From NCBI GenBank assembly GCA_031364845.1, contig JANLWX010000114.1, positions 1 through 12,073 on the forward strand: 12,073 bases of DNA, given 5' to 3'. Positions 7,062 through 12,073 of the stretch are shown piece after piece. The notes beneath the pieces are model-generated. The model was not told the DNA's origin, made no database searches, and saw nothing but the letters and a program-made list of their open reading frames with translations. Positions within the stretch are counted from its first letter, which is position 1. Every line of letters begins with the position of its first letter. The DNA is from Candidatus Eiseniibacteriota bacterium. Lineage in GTDB: Bacteria > Eisenbacteria > RBG-16-71-46. A program made the position numbers and the translations under genes.

Positions 7062-7892
7062 TCAGATGGTGCTCGCGACCGCCGCCGCGTCGGTGCTGGA
7101 GGTCTCGACGGGCCTCACGATCACCTGGTCTTCGAATCTGAGATCGACTTCACGCGCCGCGATGCCCCGCTGGTCGAGATCGACGAGCGCCACGCGCAGG
7201 GCGGAAAGCCGGCGAACATCCGGCGGCCACGCGGGGCTGATCACCCGCGTGCCGGTCATCAGGACCAACGTCGTCGCGCGCTCGTCCGAGACATCGATCT
7301 CGGACACGCGGCCGCCGAGCTGGATTTCGCGCTGCGAGAGCGCGCGCACCCAGTCGAGACCGCGCCGCACATCAACGGTCCGCAGCAGGGCGCCCTCGGG
7401 ATACGATTCGAAATCCGGCCCCGTCAGCAGCGGCACGTCGGCGACGGCGCCGGCGGTGAACGGCGCGAGCAGCACACCGGCGGAATCCAGCTCCCACGGA
7501 ACACCGTGGTGCACGAGCAGCACCGGACGGCGTTCGGTGATGCGGATCGCGACGCCACGCAAGCCGCTGCGTTTCACCTGCGCCTCGGCAATGCGGGCGT
7601 GGAGCAGCAGTTCCTGGCGCGCGCGCTCGACGTCGAGTGAGAACAGATCGCCGCCACGCGCGATGCCCGCGAGCTTTGCGATGCGCCCGGTGTCGAGGTA
7701 TTCGGCGCCGGACACGCGCACGTCCGAGATCACCGCGAAGCGCTTGCGCCAGGTACTCCACGGCAGGTGCGCAATGCCCGCGAGCACCGCGAGCACGCCG
7801 AGCACTTTGAGGATGCGCATGAAGCGCCGTCCGCGGGTCGCCCGCGGGCGCGGCGACTCCGACCGCAGCGCGCGTCCCTGATAGAGGCCCAT
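7062..7892 (-). CDS. ftsQ: Cell division protein FtsQ/DivIB (276 aa)
   Basis: Basic N-terminal tail, a single TM segment (ILKVLGVLAVLAGIAHLPW), POTRA-like ISDVRVSG..YL...I..A.VKR......IRITER.P, and C-terminal VDLRFEDQVIVR. Lies directly upstream of ftsA. ATG at 7892 overlaps the murC stop (TGATG). Confidence 0.92.
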   Translation of the reverse strand: MGLYQGRALRSESPRPRATRGRRFMRILKVLGVLAVLAGIAHLPWSTWRKRFAVISDVRVSGAEYLDTGRIAKLAGIARGGDLFSLDVERARQELLLHARIAEAQVKRSGLRGVAIRITERRPVLLVHHGVPWELDSAGVLLAPFTAGAVADVPLLTGPDFESYPEGALLRTVDVRRGLDWVRALSQREIQLGGRVSEIDVSDERATTLVLMTGTRVISPAWPPDVRRLSALRVALVDLDQRGIAAREVDLRFEDQVIVRPVETSSTDAAAVASTI

Positions 7893-9280
7893 CAGATCTC
7901 TCCCCCCACGGCGACGCGCCGCAATTCCGAAAGCACCTGATCCGCGAGCTTCCACACGTCTCCGGCTCCGAGCGTGAGCACCGTGTCTCCGGGGCGAGCC
8001 GCGAGTGCGGCGGCTTCGGCCGCGGCGTGTCCGTGCGGCGCATACTCGACCTGGCGCTGGCCCGCCGCGTGCGCGCGCTCGACCAGCACGCGCGCGCTCA
8101 CACCTTCGATCGGTGCTTCGCCCGAGGGATAGATGTCGAGCACCCACACGTGGTCGGCGTCGCGGAACGCCAGGGCGAACTCCGGCGCGAGTGCTGCGGT
8201 ACGCGAGTAACGGTGAGGCTGGAACAGCACGAGCACGCGCCCGCCGCGGCCGCGCGCGGCGGCAAGCGTGGCGAGCACTTCGGTCGGATGGTGCCCGTAG
8301 TCGTCGACCACATGGACACCTGAGGCCTCGCCGCGCATTTCGAAGCGCCGCCCCACGCCCGTGAACCCGAGCAGGGCTTCGCAGATGTGCGTGAAACCGA
8401 TCTCCACTTCGAGCCCCACGGCAACCGCGGCGAGCGCGTTCAGCACATTGTGCTGTCCGGGAATCCGCAGCTCGACGTCGCCGATCCGCACACCCTTCGA
8501 TAACACCGTGAACCGCGAGCCGTTCGGCAGCAGTTCGATGTTCTCGGCGCGCACGTCGGCCTCGGGACGCGTGCCGTAGAGCAGCACGCGCTTGGTCACG
8601 AGCGGCAGGATCTCACGCACCTGCGGATCATCGACGCACAGCACGCTCACTCCGTAGAACGGAACGCGGTTCGCGAAGTACACGAACGCCTGACGGGTCG
8701 CGGCGAGATCGGCGTAGTAGTCGACGTGCTCGCGGTCGATGTTGGTCACGACCGTGACCGCGGGTGCCAGGCGCAGGAACGATCCGTCGCTCTCGTCCGC
8801 TTCCGCGACCAGGAACGCGCCGTGACCAAGCCGCGCATTGGTCCCGAGCGCATGCAGGCGGCCGCCGACGACGATGGTCGGATCGAGCCCGCCGCGCGCG
8901 ATCACGGTCGCGATCAGCGAGGTGGTGGTGGTCTTGCCGTGCGAGCCGCCGACCGCGATGCCGTACTTCATGCGCATCAGCTCGGCCAGCATCTCGGCGC
9001 GCGGGATGATGGCGATGCCGGCCGCGGTGGCCGCGACCATCTCGGGGTTGTCCGCCTGGACCGCGGTCGAGAACACGACCACGTGCGCGCCCTCGACGTT
9101 GGTGGCCGCGTGTCCGATGAACACCCGTCCCCCGCGCTGGATCAGGCGGTCGGTGACCTCGGTCGCGCGCAGGTCGCTGCCCGAGACCTGATAACCCATG
9201 TTGATCATCACTTCGGCAATGCCCGACATGCCGCTGCCGCCGACACCGATGAAGTGGATCCGATGGGTGCGTCCGTACAT
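7892..9280 (-). CDS. murC: UDP-N-acetylmuramate--L-alanine ligase
   Basis: IHFIGVGGSGMSGIAE, GSHGKTTTTS, VAEADESDGSF, TNIDREH, GVGRRFE, DDYGHHPTE, FQPHRYSRT, LTLGAGD. Confidence 0.99.
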   Translation of the reverse strand: MYGRTHRIHFIGVGGSGMSGIAEVMINMGYQVSGSDLRATEVTDRLIQRGGRVFIGHAATNVEGAHVVVFSTAVQADNPEMVAATAAGIAIIPRAEMLAELMRMKYGIAVGGSHGKTTTTSLIATVIARGGLDPTIVVGGRLHALGTNARLGHGAFLVAEADESDGSFLRLAPAVTVVTNIDREHVDYYADLAATRQAFVYFANRVPFYGVSVLCVDDPQVREILPLVTKRVLLYGTRPEADVRAENIELLPNGSRFTVLSKGVRIGDVELRIPGQHNVLNALAAVAVGLEVEIGFTHICEALLGFTGVGRRFEMRGEASGVHVVDDYGHHPTEVLATLAAARGRGGRVLVLFQPHRYSRTAALAPEFALAFRDADHVWVLDIYPSGEAPIEGVSARVLVERAHAAGQRQVEYAPHGHAAAEAAALAARPGDTVLTLGAGDVWKLADQVLSELRRVAVGGEI

Positions 9281-10416
9281 CAGCGTCCTCCGCCCTGGGT
9301 CGCGCTCTCGCGCGCCGCCTTGCGGCCGACCGACCAGCGCTCGAGACTCTTCACCAGCCGCTCCGCGGCGTCCGGGCGCGCGAACGTGCGGGCGTTGGAC
9401 GACATGCGCGACAGCCCCTGACGGTCGCTGAGCCAGTGCGCGATCTCCTTGGCGAGCCGCTCCCCCGTGAGGTCACGGTCGAGGATCATCGCGGCAGCGC
9501 CACGGTCGACCAGGTTCATCGCGTTCACGACCTGATGGTCGTGCGCCGCGAACGGATACGGCACCAGGATCGCGGGCGTGCCGCACACCGCGATCTCGGC
9601 GAGCGTCATCGCGCCGGAGCGGCACACGACCAGATCGGCCGCCGCGTAGGCCATGTGGATGCGGCGCAGGAACGGCATCACGCGCGCCGGAAGCACGTCG
9701 CGATCGACTTCGGTCTTGGCCCACTCGTAGTCCTCGCGGCCGGTCTGCAGGATGAACTGCACGTCGACGCGATCCTTCAGGAGCTTCATCGCCTCGACCG
9801 CGGACTGGTTGATGCGCTTGGCGCCGCGGCTGCCGCCGAACACGAACACGGTCGGCTTGCCCGGCGAGAGTCCGAACTCCTGCATCGCGGTCGCGCGATC
9901 GCCGCTCAGGATGTGCGCGCGCACCGGATTGCCGGTGACCTTGAGATGGTCCTTGCGCGTGAAGTAGGAACGCGCTTCGACGAACGACAGATGCACTTCG
10001 TCCGCGATCCGAGACAGGATCCGGTTCGAGAGGCCGGGCACGCTGTTCTGCTCCTGCAGCAGCAGCGGCTTGCCGAGCAGCCAGGCGGCGATCGCAATCG
10101 AAACGCTCGCGTAACCGCCGGTGCCAAGCACGACGTCGGGCCGTTCCGACAGCACGACGCCGAACGCCTGCAGCATTCCCATCAAATTCACGAACGCGGC
10201 CCACGGCCACTTCCACCACATGCGCCGCGGGAATCCACGGCTCAGGATGAACCGCACGCGAAAGCCGGCCTCGGGGACGGCAACCGCCTCGAGCCCGCGT
10301 TTACCGCCGACGAACACCACGTCCGAACCCGGACGCAGCCGGCGCATCTCCTCCGCCACGGCGATACCCGGGAACACATGTCCCCCGGTTCCGCCGCCTG
10401 CAATCAAGACCTTCAT
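9280..10416 (-). CDS. murG: Undecaprenyldiphospho-muramoylpentapeptide beta-N-acetylglucosaminyltransferase (378 aa)
   Basis: IAGGGTGGHVFPG, GTGGY, EQNSVPGLSN, TGNPVR, GGSRGA, CRSGAMT..E, P.ILVPYP...DHQ..NA. The true ATG at 10416 overlaps the ftsW stop (ATGA). Confidence 0.99.
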   Translation of the reverse strand: MKVLIAGGGTGGHVFPGIAVAEEMRRLRPGSDVVFVGGKRGLEAVAVPEAGFRVRFILSRGFPRRMWWKWPWAAFVNLMGMLQAFGVVLSERPDVVLGTGGYASVSIAIAAWLLGKPLLLQEQNSVPGLSNRILSRIADEVHLSFVEARSYFTRKDHLKVTGNPVRAHILSGDRATAMQEFGLSPGKPTVFVFGGSRGAKRINQSAVEAMKLLKDRVDVQFILQTGREDYEWAKTEVDRDVLPARVMPFLRRIHMAYAAADLVVCRSGAMTLAEIAVCGTPAILVPYPFAAHDHQVVNAMNLVDRGAAAMILDRDLTGERLAKEIAHWLSDRQGLSRMSSNARTFARPDAAERLVKSLERWSVGRKAARESATQGGGR

Positions 10417-11552
10417 GCCGCCTCCCGCGACCAGCGCTGGTGCGCGACCGCTGCTCCCGTCTCGTTCACCACGCTGATGCGATACAGCAAGCCGGCGGCC
10501 GCGAGATTCGCGAGCAGCGCCGAGCCGCCGTACGACACGAAGGGCAATGGCAGCCCGGTGGTGGGCGCGAGCCCCGTCGCGACCGCGAGATTCACGATCG
10601 CATAGAGCCCGAGCTGCATCGTGAGCCCCGCCGCCAGCAGAAAGTGGAACGGATCCGCGGTGCGCGCCGTCACCTTGAGGCCACGCCACACGAGCAGGGA
10701 GAACAATGTCAACAACACGGTCGATCCCAGAAAACCCAGCTCTTCGGCCAGGATGGAAAAAATGAAATCAGTGTGTGCTTCGGGGAGAAACAGATACTTC
10801 TGCAGTCCGGCCCCGAGTCCCCGGCCGAACCATCCGCCCGAGCCGATCGCGATCAGCGACTGATCGAGCTGCCAGCCCGATCCCCGGCTCTCGAGGGTTC
10901 CGGTGAGCACGAACCCGATGAACGTTTGAACACGCCCCATCATATAGGGATGTGTGAGGAGCGCAACGGCAACCGCGGCCAATCCGGCTCCAAATGGCAC
11001 CGCGAGATGGAGCAATGGCGCCTCGGACAGGAAGATCAGCACGAAACCGGTCGCAAACAGCAGTCCCGCGCTGCTCAGGTTCGGCTGCAGCAGGATGAGC
11101 CCGGCCAGCACGCAGACGATCGCGAGCGGAGGAAGCAGTCCGCGCAGGAACCCGTGTTCGGCCGGCGGCCGGCGCTTGAGCCACCACGCGAGGAACACGA
11201 CCGCCGCGATGCGCGCGAGATCGGTCGGCTGGAGCGTCATGGTGCCGAGGCGGATCCAGCGCATCGCTCCGCCGGCGACATGGCCGGCGACGACCACGAA
11301 CACGAGCAGGATCACGGCGATGCCGAGGAACTTCGGCGCATGGCGTTCGACAAAGCGAAGGTCGGCCTTCAGTGCCACGATCGTGAACACCGCGATCCCG
11401 AGCGCGACGCGGAACAACTGCTTGGTGAGGAAGTGGTCGGGGTCCTGATAGCGCGTGATGCCGAGGATGGCGCTCGACGAGTACACCATCACGAGCCCGA
11501 CGGCGGTCAGGATCAGCGGAAGGATCAGAAGCCAGCGGTCACCACGGCTCAT
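10413..11552 (-). CDS. ftsW: SEDS peptidoglycan glycosyltransferase FtsW
   Basis: Polytopic membrane protein with GLVMVYSSS, GAMRWI.LG...LQP, AIGSGGWFGRGLG, LPEAHTDFIFSILAEELG, PTTGLPLPFVSYGGS. Located between murD and murG. Confidence 0.97.
   Translation of the reverse strand: MSRGDRWLLILPLILTAVGLVMVYSSSAILGITRYQDPDHFLTKQLFRVALGIAVFTIVALKADLRFVERHAPKFLGIAVILLVFVVVAGHVAGGAMRWIRLGTMTLQPTDLARIAAVVFLAWWLKRRPPAEHGFLRGLLPPLAIVCVLAGLILLQPNLSSAGLLFATGFVLIFLSEAPLLHLAVPFGAGLAAVAVALLTHPYMMGRVQTFIGFVLTGTLESRGSGWQLDQSLIAIGSGGWFGRGLGAGLQKYLFLPEAHTDFIFSILAEELGFLGSTVLLTLFSLLVWRGLKVTARTADPFHFLLAAGLTMQLGLYAIVNLAVATGLAPTTGLPLPFVSYGGSALLANLAAAGLLYRISVVNETGAAVAHQRWSREAA
10939..10966 (-). promoter_or_regulatory. 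Candidate internal sigma70-type promoter within ftsW
   Basis: Minus strand TTGCGC (10966-10961), N16, TATGAT (10944-10939), within a run of A/T-ending codons atypical of the window. Confidence 0.3.
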
Positions 11553-12073
11553 GCAAGGGTCTCCTCTTTCATCACGCGCGCGACCTCGGCCTTGAAGCGG
11601 CGGCCGCGGTCTTCGTAGTCGTCGAACATGTCGAACGAGGCGCAGCCGGGCGAGAGCAGCACCGTGCCCTCCGGCTGAGCGGCATCGAAGGCGAGGTTCA
11701 CCGCCTCGGCCAGGGTCGGCGCGTACACGATCGACGTTCCGTTCCAGGCCGCGGCGATTCGCGGCGCGCCCTCGCCGATCAGCACCGCGGTCTTGACCGC
11801 GCGCTGCACGGACGCGCGCAGCGTGCCGAAGTCCTGGCCCTTGTCGCGCCCGCCGGCGATCAGCACCAGCGGGCCCGTGAAGCTCTGCAGGGCGACGCGC
11901 AGCGAATCCGTATTTGTAGCTTTGGAATCGTTGACGAACCGCACCCCGTTCAGCTCGCCCACGGGCTCCAGTCGGTGTTCGAGCCCACCGTATTCGCGCA
12001 GCACCCGGCGCAGCACGTCGGTGCTGGGCTCGAGCGGCAGCACGGTGGCGAGTGCTGCGAGCGCGTTCGCGAG
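11549..12073 (-). CDS. murD: UDP-N-acetylmuramoyl-L-alanine--D-glutamate ligase, C-terminal part (5' end outside window)
   Basis: Frame is open to the window edge (LANALAALATVLP...). GLEHRLE, FVNDSKATN, LIAGGRDKG and LLSPGCASFDMF..YEDRG..F are MurD motifs. The stop overlaps the ftsW start (ATGA). Confidence 0.98.
   Translation of the reverse strand, partial: LANALAALATVLPLEPSTDVLRRVLREYGGLEHRLEPVGELNGVRFVNDSKATNTDSLRVALQSFTGPLVLIAGGRDKGQDFGTLRASVQRAVKTAVLIGEGAPRIAAAWNGTSIVYAPTLAEAVNLAFDAAQPEGTVLLSPGCASFDMFDDYEDRGRRFKAEVARVMKEETLA

Noticed and set aside
4256..7881. Long plus-strand ORFs (522, 257, 684 and 353 aa) opposite ftsZ, ftsA and ftsQ
   Set aside because: Antisense shadow frames caused by high-GC codon bias; no domain signatures.
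7893..8147. Apparent 85-aa N-terminal extension of FtsQ in the ORF track
   Set aside because: Overlaps the conserved murC C-terminus. ATG at 7892 gives a normal FtsQ with a TGATG overlap.
10417..10689. Apparent 91-aa N-terminal extension of MurG
   Set aside because: Lies within ftsW. MKVLIAGGGTGGH at 10416 is the canonical MurG start.
8726..11618. Plus-strand ORFs (231, 389, 392 aa and shorter) opposite murC, murG and ftsW
   Set aside because: Same shadow-ORF artefact. The minus-strand genes carry all conserved motifs.
11904..11929. GANTC pair as CcrM cell-cycle methylation sites
   Set aside because: CcrM regulation is alphaproteobacterial. The short-linker FtsZ, four-Cys L28 and dcw gene order do not look alphaproteobacterial, and GANTC occurs elsewhere in the window.
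1..12073. Defence system, prophage, mobile element or biosynthetic cluster
   Set aside because: Housekeeping genes plus two hypothetical proteins account for all coding space. I saw no integrase, nuclease, toxin or repeat-array signature.

Overview
GC-rich bacterial housekeeping region with no mobile element, CRISPR array, rRNA or tRNA that I can support. The right two-thirds is the 3' half of a dcw (division and cell wall) cluster on the minus strand: murD (partial)-ftsW-murG-murC-ftsQ-ftsA-ftsZ. Overlapping stop/start codons link murD through ftsQ, and there is no murB or ddl between murC and ftsQ. After ftsZ come a 125-nt spacer holding three back-to-back hairpins and an uncharacterised TPR-repeat gene. 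That gene converges on rpmB (L28, four-Cys zinc-type), and its last codons overlap the probable rpmB terminator. rpmB is divergent from recG, which is followed closely by an apparently soluble MJ0042-type zinc-ribbon protein with an unassigned helical C-terminal domain. I see no clear new multi-gene system. The best leads are the zinc-ribbon protein, the ftsZ-distal TPR gene with its structured spacer, and AT-rich synonymous patches in ftsW and murD that may be internal regulatory sites. All calls come from motif recognition by eye; no database searches were run.
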